From the human T2T-CHM13v2.0 reference genome, Homo sapiens: a stretch of 64,000 nt of DNA. The stretch lies in assembly GCF_009914755.1 (NCBI RefSeq), contig NC_060939.1; one strand, 5' to 3'. Positions 1 to 15,863 of the stretch are shown one piece after another. A program made the translations under genes and the position numbers. A model generated the notes under the pieces. That model did no database searches, was not told the origin of the DNA, and worked only from the letters and a program-made list of their open reading frames with translations. Position 1 is the first letter of the stretch; each line of letters opens with the position of its first letter.

Positions 1-465
<465 letters not shown>

Positions 466-854
466 ACAACTATGGTACACCCACGATATGATCGTATCAT
501 ATTTGAATGTTAGTCAGTGACCAAGAAGAATTCTACCACATTTTCTTATTGTTGTACTTTAAATATGGTTGAATTTTCTCTGTAGAGCAATTACCAGTAT
601 GAGTCAAAGGCCATGATTTATGTAGGCTATAGCTCTGCAATTTAGATTGTTTACTAAAATTTAGTCTTAAGAGTGGATGCAGAATATTATTTCTTGTTTT
701 CTTAATCTTATCAGGTTGCAAATTAGCATCTCAATCAAAAGAGGATGTGTGTATGTGGTTTTGTGCCAAACAGTGCTATCCTATTCTAATCACAACCTCT
801 GAAGTAAACTTCCATTGGTACTTTTGAGTTGCTTCTGCCCAGATCAAGGTCCAG

Positions 855-1010
855 CTCTTTTACTTACCAGTTATGTGGTTCTGGACTTCTGTAAGCCATA
901 GTTTCCTCATCTGTAAAATGAGGATAATCATCAGGATTAAATATAATCCTTGTAAAGCATTGAACCATATCTGCACATAGCAAATACTGAAGTGTTGAGT
1001 GCGTGTTAAT
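855..1010 (+). mobile_element. MIR SINE
   Basis: MIR core agtttcctcatctgtaaaatgaggataat. Confidence 0.75.
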
Positions 1011-1194
1011 ATTAGTGGTAGTAGTAGTAGTAATTCATTGCAAGGAGACATTAAAAGTTCCTAATGTAGAATAAGAACTAGGTAATACATGACAAACACT
1101 TATGGGGGACTATCTAGGATAATTTTAGGAGTCTTCAGTGTTTCATGGAATCAAAGAAGTTTGGATTAGGAGAGGGTTTTGATTAGCATCTTTT

Positions 1195-1330
1195 CTTCCT
1201 TAATTTTATAGATGAGGGTGCTACATCTTGGAATGATAAAATAACTTGCTGGAACTATTACAGTTGCATGTGTCAGTCTCAGTGGAAACTTGGTCTTCAT
1301 GACTGTAAGTTCAGTGTTGTTTCCACTGAA
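1195..1330 (-). mobile_element. MIR SINE fragment
   Basis: attttatagatgag...aacttgc...gactgtaagttcagtg resembles the antisense MIR core. Confidence 0.55.
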
Positions 1331-2566
1331 TGTTGCCTTGGTCAATTTTTTCCTATAATTTTGCCCCTGGTAACCCCAGTGTCTTTAAAGGGAAATGATT
1401 TGTTTGGGAAGTCATCTTTTTCTTTATTTTTAGGGATCATTGATATCAGTAATCAACACTGATTCTTAAAGTGTAGGTAATATAAGTTGGAAGAGAAATA
1501 CCTCATTTGCCTCCTTAAAGGAACACAATAGTATAATAATGTTTTTTGTCAGAATCTCTTCATGAATCCCTCCAGCAAGTTAATGAAAATCTCCAAAAAC
1601 ACTATTCAGATTCTCATGATAGCCAGAAGGGTATTGGCAGTAGATTGATTATTTAGCTTATAGATGAGTTGCTTGTTTACTCTTACACATTTGAAAAATA
1701 CAGAAAGGTACAGAAAAGATAACCTTATCTATATCCTTATCCAGAATTGACATGGATATCATCTTTGCGTTAGATTTTTAAAAATCCATTGTTTTTTTGT
1801 GGAGATAATTATAATTGAGTTAGACCATTAAATCTATCTTATCTAAAGATAAGAGATTTTAAAAATGTGATTTTTAGCTTGGGGCTACTTAGGACATTTG
1901 GTTAGGCAGTGTACTAATAGAGATAGTAAGCGTATATGTGGATCAGCAAACTGTTTTCTTTGATTATCAAAAGCCCTTGTTTGCCAAACCACAATTTAGA
2001 ATGAATGAGTAGAAATTTAACATCTCTTATAACTTAAAAATAACTACTTGTGAACTCTATAGATCTTCATTCAGAATATGTAATTGTAAAGTAGATAATA
2101 CCTTAAAAGAGAAAACAGTGAATCGCTTTGCTAGTGGGTGAGCCTAGCTCATCACCTAAACATCCATATCTCAAAGGTTATTATTTATTCTTTTCCAGTA
2201 CATATGTAACCATTGTGATAAATTCATAACCCACCAGTGTGATGATATATTTAGAAACTACATTAAATGAGGACAAGTTGTAGGAACTGGTCAGGTTGAA
2301 CTTGGAGAAGAGTTGATCACTGAAATATTAGTTATCTTCAAATAATTGAAAACCTCATATAATAATGGGAGTAAACTTAGACTCTTTTGTCCCTGAAAGT
2401 AAAACTAGAATCAGTGGATGAAAGTAAAAAAAGGTGGGGGAGTAAGTTTTGTTTCTATACAAAAGAGAACTTCCTACTGATGTGATTTGTTTGATGATGG
2501 AATGGACTATCTTGTGAAATTGGGAGCTTCCTATAGTTATTTTCAAATGGAGAGTGAAAAGATTGA

Positions 2567-2961
<395 letters not shown>

Positions 2962-3453
2962 TTTTGATTTTTATGCATGTCATACACTGCTCTGTTTCTT
3001 ACATTTCCACCCTTTGAGAAATGTACATTTTTGTATAAAAATATATAAAATACATAGCTTTAGAGACATGCTGTAAAGTTTGGGATTTATGGATGAAGAA
3101 GAAATTTTTGACCCCAATTAATCCTTTGGAATTTACTCAGTTCATGTTCACTTACAGAAGTTCCTGAAATTTCTAGATGTAAAGTCGATACCTAGTTCAG
3201 TATGAGCTCTTACAGGGTAAAGCCGATTTTATTGCTAAAGAAGGTATGTTTTTGTGGTTATTTATCTATGGAGTGAAAAAGCTTTACTTGTTTTAAGGGA
3301 TTAATTTGAAGCTTTCTGAAGTTGTCATAGTCCAGTGGACACCAGCATCACTGAGTTCATATACTGTCCGTAATACTCCATGCATGTTCCATAAATACAT
3401 CTTTCTGGGAATGAGTGTTGGTTGGTTTACATTCATTAAGTTAACATTTCTTA

Positions 3454-3792
<339 letters not shown>

Positions 3793-4276
3793 TCATTCCT
3801 CATGCTACTCAAGAAGCCATGGGTGGTATGTTTGATTTACTCCACCTTTGTCTGATGTAAAAGCCACTGATGTCGATGGATAAGCAGTGGTAGGATGGTT
3901 TGAGTTTGGGGATCTTGGAAACACTTGAAAATTCTTATCTATGCCCATTTCCTAATAGCGATGGGAAATGTCTCCTGTACATCTTTGCTGTTTTTATTCA
4001 GTTTAACTTTGCAGATGAAAAGTTCATAGATTAAAATTTCTCTGCTGATAGCTGTTTTTATTTCTTCATTGTCTGTTTTTTCTTTAAGGACCATGGTTTG
4101 TAGCTTTGTAAGTCCCTCGCTGTCATGCGTTGTTTTAAACCACGGTTTTCTTGCTACTTTGAGGACTGTGACACTGATTTGAATCTAGTATTGCTTATAG
4201 TTAAAAAGCTTCTTGTAAGTTCTAGTGTATTTCCATTAGATACTGGATTGCCGAACATTTTGGGGTGTAATGAGGT

Positions 4277-4661
4277 ATGTTAGTCCGTTCTCACACTGCT
4301 ATAAAGAATACTACTTGAGACTGGGTAATTATAAAAGAAAGGGATTTAGTGACTCACAGTTCCACAGGCTTAACAGAAAGCATGGCTAGGAGGCCACGGA
4401 AAACTTATAGTCATGACAGAAGGCGAAGGGGAAGTAGGCGCCTTCCTCACAAGGCGACAGGAGGGAGACAAGAGCGTGTTAAGGGGGAACTGTCAAACAC
4501 ATATATAACCATCAGATCTCGTGAGAACTCACTATCACAAGAACAGCTTGGGGGAAACCACCCCCATCATCCAGTCACCTCCCACCTGGTTCCTCCCTTG
4601 ACATGTGGGGATTACAATTCAAGATGAGATTTGGGTGGGGACACAGAGCCAGACCATGTCT
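4277..4661 (-). mobile_element. MST/THE1-type MaLR solo LTR
   Basis: tagtccgttctcacactgctataaagaa...gactgggtaatt...gatgagatttgggtggggacacagagccagacc. Confidence 0.9.
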
Positions 4662-4959
4662 TGAGAGGTATAGGGAATAATGTGAAGGGATATGTAGACA
4701 AGGTCAGCATGTTTATTTTGTGAAATATATTACAGATTTTGTGATTTGTTTCCTTGTAGGTGTCAGGGGCATGATGATGGAATCTGCTTTTTTCAGTAAG
4801 TGCTATGAGCTTATATTTAGACATAGAAAATTGTAGAAAATGAAAAATATAATTGATGGAGAATATTTACTTCAAATATTCTTATTTTTATATAAGTGAA
4901 GCTGAGAGTGTGATATGAGTGGCTGTTTTCCTTTCCAGTCACAGCAGAACTAGAACAGC

Positions 4960-5095
4960 AGGGGTTTAAATCCTTACTCAGTGATGTGATCTTGTGCGAA
5001 TCACTTACCCTCTTGAAGCTTTAGTTTCCCTATCTGTAATTTGGGGATAATAACCCTTTCTAGGGTTATGTCAGAATTAAAGATAATGTCTTTAA
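4960..5095 (+). mobile_element. MIR SINE
   Basis: tcacttaccctcttgaagctttagtttccctatctgtaatttggggataata. Confidence 0.7.
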
Positions 5096-6078
5096 CCAAA
5101 TATTCAAAATAGATTAGGTAGATAGAGCTGCCTTACTATAGTGTAACTGCCTTACTAATAGTAAAAACTAATGGTAAAAATTAGGTATTTACTATTAAAT
5201 GTTTATTATTAGAGCTCAGATCACTTTATTTTAGATAGTTTTCTTTGTCCATGTGATTATAAAAGAAGAAAATAAAGATAATCTCTACTTCTGCTACTAA
5301 GAGATAGCCATTATGACATTATGTTGTAAATTTTTCCAGATTATCTTTTAAGGCACATTTGATACATTTTAAAATGTTTTTATTTCTATAAAACTGAAGT
5401 TGTACTATTTTATACTATTTGGAAGTCTTTTTATTTACTGTATCAGCCTGTGAAAATACACATCATAGTAGTGGCTGAAAATTTACTTTTAGTCAGTTTC
5501 TTAGTGGTGGGTCCTTAGGCAGTTTCAAAGGTTTTTATTTTACCATAATAAACAATGTTGATACACAGTTTTGTTCATACGCTCATGAGTGCATGTCTCA
5601 GTTTCTTTAGAATAAATATTTAGATGTTACATTTCTGGGTCTAAAGGTATAATATTTTTAACTTGCCAGATTGCTGTATAAGATGTAATTTTATATTATG
5701 ATACTAATCTTTGCCATATATGATAACATGTTTTTTCCTAGTTTGTCATTTGTCTTCTAATATCTTGGTGTTTTTAGCAATACAGAGATTTTACATTTTT
5801 ATGCAGTTGAATATAGCAGTCTTCTGTTATAATTTCTGACTTTAGTGGAAGTTTTAAGTGGTATTACCACACAACTATAAACATATTTCTTTTAATAATT
5901 ACAGTCTTAATTTTAGTGTAATGTAGAGATTCAAGTTTTAATTTTTTTTTCCGATGGATAGACTTTTACTTCACTATTCCTTGAGTAAACCTTCTGTTTT
6001 CTACAGATTTGATGTTCCTTGTTGTTATCACCTACTAAATGTTTGTATGCATTTGGATGCTTTCTGGGCTCCACTCCT

Positions 6079-6265
6079 GTGGTTTTTAAACTGTGCATAA
6101 GGGGTTACTTCATCTGGGATTTTTTTTTTTTTAAACCTATTTGTGGGCCTTGCCTCCAGAAATTTTGATTCAAAGTTTTGGTGGGATCTAGGAATCAGTT
6201 TTATAATAAACACATTTGGTTATTAAGATGCATGTGTTTTATGAGCCACACATTGAGAAGCCTTC
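6079..6265. mobile_element. MER5-like hAT-Charlie fragment
   Basis: gtggtttttaaact...cctccagaaattttgattca...gggatctaggaatc...cacattgagaag. Confidence 0.55.
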
Positions 6266-6449
6266 CTCTGTTTCACCTGTACCACACCATTTTAAATACT
6301 AGATCTATTTTTTTTAAATATATTTTTTTGCTCCCAGCTCCTCCTGCTGCCTGACTGCCCCCTCCTGCTCCCTCTCCCTCCATTCAAGTAATGTATTTTT
6401 ACATTACACTTGAATAACTACTAGGAAAAGCACCACCTCCAAATTAAAA

Positions 6450-7010
6450 TGTTTATTTATTCAGCAGATATTTTCAGTGCGTATTTTGTGCCAAGCACTC
6501 TTCTAGTTTAAGGATGTATTCAAGAACAAAACAAAGATCTTTGAGTTTTTATGTAGGTGTGAGAGAGATCACAGAAGATAACAATGAAATTATAGTAATT
6601 AAATTATAGTGCTGTGGTAGCACAGACTACATGGTATGGATGGCAAATAGAGTGGAGATGATGGCAGTAGGAGCACCCCATTGAGAAAGTGATATTTCAG
6701 TAAAGCAGCGAGTCTTTTGTGATGGAATCTGGCATACAGAATATCTGGAAAGGGGTTTAGGTGGTGAGCACAATAAGAGTAAATGTCCTGAAGCAGGTGT
6801 ATGCTTGGCATGTTTGAGAAGGAGAAAGAACAGTTTGGCTGGAACAGGGAATGGGAGGGAGAATGGCTGGAGATGAAGTCACACAGATTACAAGAGCCAA
6901 TTTTTGTAGGGTCTTTAGAGTTTGGACTCTTTCCGTGCGTGAAATATGTGGCTCTTGGAGGTTTCTGAGCAAGACTCACATGACCCGATTCATGTTTAAA
7001 AGATCACTCA
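6450..7010 (-). mobile_element. L2 LINE 3' fragment
   Basis: ttattcagcagatattttcagtgcgtattttgtgccaagcactcttctag and purine-rich L2 body. Confidence 0.75.
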
Positions 7011-7218
7011 AATGTTCCTGGCTTTAATGTATACTTAAAGCTCATGTTTTTCAAGTTACCTTTTCCCCAGAATAGCCCATCGGTATTTTAAACTCAGTTT
7101 CCAATAAACGAACAGACACGTTAGAATTGTCATCCTTGAAATACTAAGCTTTGCTTCCAGAAAACATACAATATCTTCTTACTCATTCATGCCCTTTATA
7201 CCCTTATTAATGTTTTCA

Positions 7219-7511
<293 letters not shown>

Positions 7512-8849
7512 GTTTTGCAGATTGCTTCAGATTAGCTCTGTACATCATTATCCTATCAATTTTATATTATTTTTATTGTGAATTGGCTCTTTTTGTATGT
7601 GTGACAATTTCTAAATCATTGGTAAATAGGACAGTTTTTAAAATTTCCTCTATCTAACCACTATATTGCATTCTTTTGTTTTTCTAATGGGAAATCTGCT
7701 TGTATCTTCTAAGTAAGCAGTCACATAATCTGCAAACAAGAATAATTTTTAAATGAAGATTTATATTTATCTTTTTCACCATCTCCTCTAATCATTACTT
7801 ATGCCTTTTTTTTTTTTTAAGTCTGTGGTAATGTCCTATTTCTGACTTTAATAGAATGCCCAGATATTTCATTTTTAGGCATGGTACCAATTATTGAAAT
7901 ACATTTTTATTGTTGTACATTACATATTATTAATTGAGCCTTTACAGTATTGATGAAGTATCTCATACTGCTTTACCATGAATATTTTTAAGAATAAATG
8001 TTGAATTTTTCATTTCTTTTAAACCATCATCCAAGTAAGTGAAGTTTTTCTGAAGCAGTGTCTTTTGATTGCCAGTTTAGTCCCCTTTCCAGTATTTGAA
8101 TCATGGAGTGCAGACTTTGTAAAAATAATGTTGTCCCACTTTATCAAATTTATGTTTGAGATTTTGCTCCTCTTTTCTCTTTTTATGTATTTTTATTCAT
8201 ACTGCACATTATTATATTGCTACTTGTATTATATCTACAATCCTATTTAGATGGTGAACTTCTTGAGGGAAGGTATAGAATCTTTTTTGTATTTGTTTCC
8301 CATCACACATGTCTTCTGTAATAATGCAGCTGTTACCATGTTAAGTTGAATTGCATTACCTCCTTAATTCTTTATTTAAAATGTGTAATAAGGCCTTTAT
8401 TCTAGAGACTAGAAACAATTGAAAAAACAGAAAAATGCAACAGAGGTCAGAGTTTTAGAAGCACATTGGCTAGCACAGTTTTACCTCCAGAAGACATCTT
8501 CTGTCTATGTAGTTTTCTCATTTATTTGTCTAGTTATCTCATTATTCTAGTCTGTATTTCTCACCTGGATTTCTAGCATGCCACCTTCATCTATTGCTGA
8601 CTCCCTTTCCCCCACTATCTTTTCATTCAATCTGCAAAACTGTGATTTTTCTTTAAACATACATCTCTTTCATTGTTTCTTTGATCAAAATGTGTTTTTT
8701 CTTAAAATAAAGAACAAAATCCTTAATATGGCCCTGTATGAGCTGGTCCATATATCCCATTACTGCTCCCTCCCCACTTAAAAAAATGTCCATCTGAATC
8801 TTGTAGACTATCATTTTCTCTAATGCTCTTTCTTGTCTGGTGGCCTTTG

Positions 8850-9131
8850 CATTCATATGTATGTGTTTCACATCTGTGAATTGAGCCAGCTACAGATTGA
8901 AAATATTTGAAAAAAATTGCATCTTTACTGAACATGTACACACTTCAAAATCTTATTATTCCCTCAACAATACAGCATACCACTGTTTACAGATGATTTA
9001 AAGTATACAGGAGGATGTCCATAGGCTGTATGCAAGTATTTTGCCATTTTATATCAGGGACTTGAGCGTCAAGGATTTTGATACTCAAGCGAGGTCCTGG
9101 AACCAATTTCACACAGATACCGAGGAACAAT
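8850..9131 (+). mobile_element. MER2 DNA transposon with internal deletion
   Basis: aaaatatttgaaaaaaattgcatctttactgaacatgtaca...agatgatttaaagtatacaggaggatgt...gaggtcctggaaccaat...gataccgagg. Confidence 0.85.
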
Positions 9132-9629
9132 TTAGCCTACTATCAGGAAAACCTTTCTTCTCCTTCCTTTATTTTTTCTTGTTTTTTGATTTCCCCTTGC
9201 TTATCCTTCTGATCTCTTAGGATCCAGAGTACTCCTGGTTCCTGGAAAGACTTGAATCATGAATCACTCTGAGATATGAGGTGGTCTTCTCTGAATGATA
9301 CACAACTGAGAAAAGTTCTGTATCTTACAGTTTTTGCTTGGATTGTAACAATATACCTGTTTTCACCTCTCTATCATTAAGAGTTGCTTCTGGAGTCATG
9401 TTTACCTACCTTCAGTCAAAATTACCTGATCACAAGGGTCAGGGATAAATGAATGTTGGTGGAAGACGGGAGCTCAGAAGAGGAAGGTAGAGGAAGGTAC
9501 TGGAAATTTTCTACTTCAGGCTTGTTTACAACTAAACTTTCATAACATATGTTATTGTCTTCATAGAGGTTCATGAATATGACATGTTAATAAATTGAGA
9601 GGAAGGTTCGGAGTTTGTAGTGAGCAAGG

Positions 9630-9990
9630 AAAACAAGGTTCCTACTCATGGAGCGTAAATCCTATTAATGGAGGACAGACAATAAATAAATAAATAATTT
9701 CAGATAGTCATAGGCATTATGAGGAAGATAAAACCAGAAAAAGAAATAGTGGAGAGAAGGTGGATGGATGCTGGTGCTACTCCGAGGAGGATTCTTGTTA
9801 GCTGATGGCTTAGAAAGGAGCAACCGATAGAATATCTCAGGGGAATACCCAACTAAAGGAAACAGCGTCTAGAGCCCCACGGTAGAAGAGAACTATTATA
9901 CTTAAGGAGTACAAAAATACTATCATTGCAATATAGTGAGTAAGCAGTAAGAGAGGTGGTCAGAGAGGTATAGCCTTCTAAGTTATAGCC
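9630..9990 (-). mobile_element. L2 fragment
   Basis: cctactcatggagc...gacagacaataaataaataaataatttcagatagt. Confidence 0.5.
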
Positions 9991-10703
9991 ATTATAAGAT
10001 TTTATATTGCCAGGCTATGCTAACTCAGTATTTTTTTGCTTTGAATATTGTGTCTTTTTTTTATTGCTTTTCTTTAGTACTCAATATTTAGGATTATTCA
10101 AAGCCCTAAACTAGAGTAACTGTTTGGTTAGGCTACATTATCTGCAGTGATATGAGATAAATTATTCTGGATAGAATTTTACAGCAACAAATTTTCAGTT
10201 AGTTTATTCAAAATTAAGATTAGTTTTCTAGTTTACCAATATTCCAAATATAACATCATAACTTCCTTTGGAATTTAAACTACAGGTTTCCTGTGCCTTA
10301 AACCTTAGGAATCAGGGAGTAGACTTGGGAATCTGTGTTTTTAGTTACCTCTAAACCAATGGAATTTTTCGCTAAAACAAGTTTTGCCATGATTCCTGAT
10401 TATTAGTGTGGTCATTATTAAATGAATTTGTTGGGGTTTTACAAGTTTTGTATTCCACGTTTAAGAAAAACTGCAATCAGTGCTTTGAAATGGAAAAAAA
10501 AAAAAGGTAATCTCTTTAATTTGCATTCCTCTTATTCTGAATAAAATTACTTTTTCTGTATTTCATGGCATTTATGTTTTTCTTCTGTGGATTTTATTCA
10601 TGAACTTAGCCTGTTTTTCCTTTGTGGTGTTTATCTTTTCTTACTGATTTTTGGAGTTACTTTTAAGGAAGTACCTTTTTTTTTTTTCCTGTTATATGCC
10701 ATT

Positions 10704-11206
10704 TGTGGTAGACAGAATATGTCCTGCCCCTCCCCAAAGATGTCCTTGCCCTAATCTCCAGAACCTGTGAGTATGTTAGGATTTTGCAACTGTGATTATG
10801 TTTGTGAGCTTTGATATAGGGAGATTATCCTGGATTATCTGGATGAACCTAGGCTAATCACATGAGCACTTCAGTGGATAACCTTTCCTGACTGTATAGG
10901 ACTGTGGTCAGAGAAAGATATAACTACAGAAGAAGGTTCAGAGAGAAGCAATATTCATGACTTTGAGGGTAGAAGGAGGGAGCCATGAGCCAAGGAATGT
11001 GGATGGGCTCTAGGAACTGGAAAAGGCAAGGGAAAACTGTTTTCTCTTTTAGAGCTTCTTGAAAGGAACGCAGCACTGCCAGTACCTTGATTTTAGCCCA
11101 GTGTGAAACTCTTTGGACTTCCAACTCACAGAAGTGTATAAATTTGTGTTGTTGTAAGCCGCTAAGTTTGTGGTAGTTGTTAGGACAGCAATAAAAAGCT
11201 AATACA
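10704..11206 (+). mobile_element. MLT1D/E-like MaLR solo LTR
   Basis: tgtggtagacagaat...ccaaagatgtcc...ggagattatcctggattatctgg...gagccaaggaatgtgg...ctaataca. Confidence 0.88.
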
Positions 11207-11792
11207 TGTGTGTTACATATTTTTTTCCCAATTTGTTATCTTTGTCTTTATTGTTCATGGTGTTTTTACCATGCAGGAATGTGTTTAATATAGTTGAATT
11301 TATCCTTTTATATTTTAATGGCCTCTGGATCTTAGGCTTTCCCAACTATAAAATTATTTTAAAGTTTTTCATATTTTACTCTAATGCTTTTATCTCATCA
11401 TGAACTCTCATATTAATGTTGACTGCCTGTCTTCTATGTTTTGATCTTTTGTTGAGAATGAATACTTTTTATAGTTCTCTTCTTCTGACGTAGACCAAGA
11501 GAATTTCAGAATGAAATCATAGTATCAATGCTAGTAATTAAGGAGTCATGGGGAATGGACACTAGTAGTACCAGAAGGCAGGGGACATTCGAAGTAGTTA
11601 TAGTTTGAACTGTTTTCATAGGTTGATGATACTGTCTAGCAGAACCTAAAATGATTGATTCTAAAGGTGTAGTTTGTGAAAACCTCTATTCATCTCTCAT
11701 ATTTTAATTTTATTTCTTCTTCTGGAAGAATTCCCAGATGTCTGCATTATATAAACAGTTTGTGGAAGACTTAGATGACTGATATTTGATAC

Positions 11793-14037
11793 TGTGTTAG
11801 TTTGTTTTCATGCTGCTGATAAAGACATACCCAAGACTGGGAACAAAAAGAGGTTTAATTGGACTTATAGTTCCGCATGGCTGGAGAGGCCTCAGAGTCA
11901 TGGCGGGAGGCGAAAGGCATTTCTTACATGGTGGCAGCAAAAGAAAAATGAGGAAGAAGCAAAAGTGGAAACCCCTCATAAACCCATCAGATCTCCTGAG
12001 ACTTATTCCCTATCACAAGAATAGTATGAGAAAGACCAGCCCTAATGATTCCATTACCTCCCCCTGGGTCCCTCCTACAACATGTGGGAATTCTGAGAGA
12101 TACAATTTAAGTTGAGATTTGGGTGGGGACACAGCTACCCCATATCATTCTGCCCTTGGCCCCTGCAGTTCTCATGTCCTCACTTTTCAAAACCAATCAT
12201 GCCTTCCCAACAGTCCCCCAGAGTCTTAACGCGTTTTACCATTAACCCAAAAGTCCAGAGTCCAAAGTCTCATTCGAGACAAGGCAAGTCCCTCTGCTTG
12301 TGAGCCTGTAAAATCAAAAGCAAGCTAGTTACTTCCTAGATACAATGGAGATACAGGTATTGGGTAAATACAGCCATTCCAAGTGGGATAAATTGTCCAA
12401 AATAAAGGGGATACAGGGCCCATGCAAGTCTTAAATCCAGTGGGGCAGTCAAATTTTAAAGCTCCAAAATGATCTCCTTTGACCCCATGTCTCACATCCA
12501 GGTCTTGCTGATGCAAGAGGTAGGTTCCCATGGTCTTGGGCATCTCTGCCCATGTGGTTTTGTAGGGTACAGCCTCCTCCTGGCTGCTTTCACAGGCTGA
12601 TGTTGAGTGTCTGTGGCTTTTCCAGACACATGGTGGAAGCTGTCAGTGGATCTACCATTCTGGGGTCTGGTAAATGGTGGCCCTCTTCTCAAAGCTTCAC
12701 TAGGCAGTGCCCCAGTAGGGACTCTGTGTCGGGGCTCTGACCCCACATTTCCCTTCCACACTGCCCTAGCAGAGGTTCTCCATGAGGGCCCTGCCCCTGA
12801 AGCACTTTTGCCTGGGCATCCAGGTGTTTCCATATATCTTCTGAAATCTAGGCAGAATTTCCCAAACTTCAATTCTTGACTTCTGTGCACCCACAGGTTC
12901 AACACCATGTAGAAGCTGCCAAGGCTTGGGACTTCCACCCTCTGAAGCAACAGCTTGAGCTCTATGTTGGCCCCTTTCAGCCATGGCTGGAGTGGCTGGT
13001 ACACAGGACATGAAGTCCCTAGGCTACACACAGCACAGGGACAGTGGGTCCATCCTGTGAGACCAGTTTTTCCTCCTGGGCCTCTGGGCCTGTGATGGGA
13101 GGGGCTGCTCTGAAGGTCTTTGATGTGGCCTGGAGATGTTTTCTCCATGGTCTTGGGGATTAACATTAGGCTCCTTGCTACTTAAGCAAATTTCTGCAGC
13201 TGGCTGGAATTTCTCCTCACAAAATAGTTTTTCCTTTTCCACTGCATTGTCAGGCTGCAAATTTTCTGAACTTTAATACTGTTTCCCTTTGAAAACAGCA
13301 TAAAACAACACCCAAGTCACCTTTTGAATGCTTTGCTGCTTAGAAATTTCTTCCCCCAGATACCCTAAATCATCTCTTTCAAGCTCAAAGTTCCACAAAT
13401 CTCTAGGGCAGAGGCAAAATGCCACCAGTTTCTTTGCTAAAACATAACAAGATTCAGCTTTGCTCCAGTTCCCAACAAGTTCCTCATCTCCATCTGAGAC
13501 CACCTCATCCTGGACCTTATTGTTCATTTCACTATCAGCATTTTTGTCAAAGCCATTCTCCCACATTTTCCTGTCTTCTGAGTCTTCCAAATTGTTCCAA
13601 ACTCTGCCTGTTACCCAGTTCCAAAGTCACTTCCACATTTTTGGGTATCTTTTCAGCAATACCCCACTCTACTGGTACCAATTTACTGTATTGGTCCGTT
13701 TTCACACTGCTGATAAAGACATACTCGAGACTGGGAAGAAAAAGAGGTTTAATTGGACTTAACAATTCCACAGGGCTGGGGAGGCCTCAGAATCATGGCG
13801 GGAGGCGAAAGGCATTTATATGATGGCAACAAGAGAAAAATGAAGAAGCAAAAGCAGAAGTCCCTGATAAACCCATCAGATCTCATGAGACTTATTCACT
13901 ATCATGAGAATAGCACAGGAAAGACCGGCCCCCATGATTCAATTAAGACCCCTTGGGTCCCTCCCACAACACATGGGAATTCTGGGAGATACAATTCAAG
14001 TTCAGATTTGGATGGGGGACACAGCCAAACCATATCA
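11793..14037 (-). mobile_element. Full-length THE1C MaLR element (3' LTR 11793-12147, internal 12148-13686, 5' LTR 13687-14037)
   Basis: Two similar ~350-bp LTRs with TG..CA ends, THE1-int between them, near-perfect 5-bp TSD gatac (11788-11792) / catac (14038-14042). Confidence 0.95.
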
Positions 14038-14194
14038 CATACTTAGCTATGATTAATAATTCTTAGCGTTAAAAGTTCTGAGAGGGAGCTGTCACCTTGG
14101 TTTTTTATACAAGATCATCATAAATAATGAGACAAATTTAGACAATTTGATAATGCGGTTGTAGTAACATAAAGTTGATTTAATATATTAAGTC

Positions 14195-14730
<536 letters not shown>

Positions 14731-15732
14731 TATTAAACAGTGCCATGTTTAATATTTGCTCTAGTTTTTAGAGTTGCCAGTGCTAAAGGAGTAATACAGA
14801 TCTTCGTCTTTCTAATCAAACTCAGCTCTTCTCTGTAAGATGAAGAAATATCTCCTTCATTAGGGTTAATGCAGTAGTGGTCTCCTACTGCTCTTAGAGC
14901 TTTTAAAATACAAATCAGAACATTCTGCTTTCTTGCTTATTATCATCCTGTGGTCTCTTTATCGTGATAAAATAGAGTACTAACCTTGAGCATAGTATGC
15001 ATGGCTTAATACAGTAAGTCAACTACTATTTTCTTTCTTTCTCTCTATCACTTATGTCTACTGTCATCTTTTGAACTTCGTATTGGTTCTTAAATATGAT
15101 ATACTTGTGTCATGCTCTCTCTATTGAGTGTCCTTAGCCTTTTATCTACCTGATATACTGCTATTAAAAACCTACATCAAATATGAATACTAGTAATCTC
15201 CTATATTCCCATTATGTGGTAATGTATCTTTGCCCACTAGATTATGAGCTTCTACAGGGAGAGGATCATAACTTCTCAATTTTGTTTATGTAGTATATGA
15301 ATCTCATGGGTTAAGTGAATAGATTATTGAGTAGTAATGTGGTTATCTTCTGAATGTCTGCATTCTACATAGTTTAGAAAGCACGTACTTACACTGTGAA
15401 GTACTACATCATCCCAACCTACTTCTATTAAATGCTTCCCTTTTCTCTTCTACCTAGTCTCTGTAATAATGTTTAATATTTGGATGGTTAATATTTACTT
15501 AAAATATATAGAGAGCAAAGGGTGTTCTGTCACTATAAATATGCCTCAATGGATAAATAAGTTCCTGTTATACTGTACAAATCTTAAGGCATTGTAAGAA
15601 CTTCCTCAATTTGGTGGTTGGTGGGGCGGAGGTCAGGATTTTGTTTTAATACTATTGTAATTAAAAATGGAAAAAGTTATCTTTTTCTCCTGTATATATA
15701 TTACTATATCTTCGAGAACGTGTTTCCTCCTT

Positions 15733-15863
15733 TGTATTAGTTTCCTGTTGCTGATGTAGGCAAATTACCATAAACTTAGTGACTTAAAACAACAGAAATT
15801 TATTATATTTTAGCCTGGAGGTCAGAAATACAAATAGGTCTCACTGGGCTAATATCAAGGTAT
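15733..15863 (-). mobile_element. MLT1 LTR fragment
   Basis: tgtattagtttcctgttgctg...caaattaccataaacttagtgacttaaaacaacagaaatttatt. Confidence 0.8.

Noticed and set aside
12492-13166. Longest ORF in the track (224 aa, minus strand) and overlapping ORFs
   Set aside because: Lies wholly in the THE1C internal region; a decayed MaLR sequence with no recognisable domain
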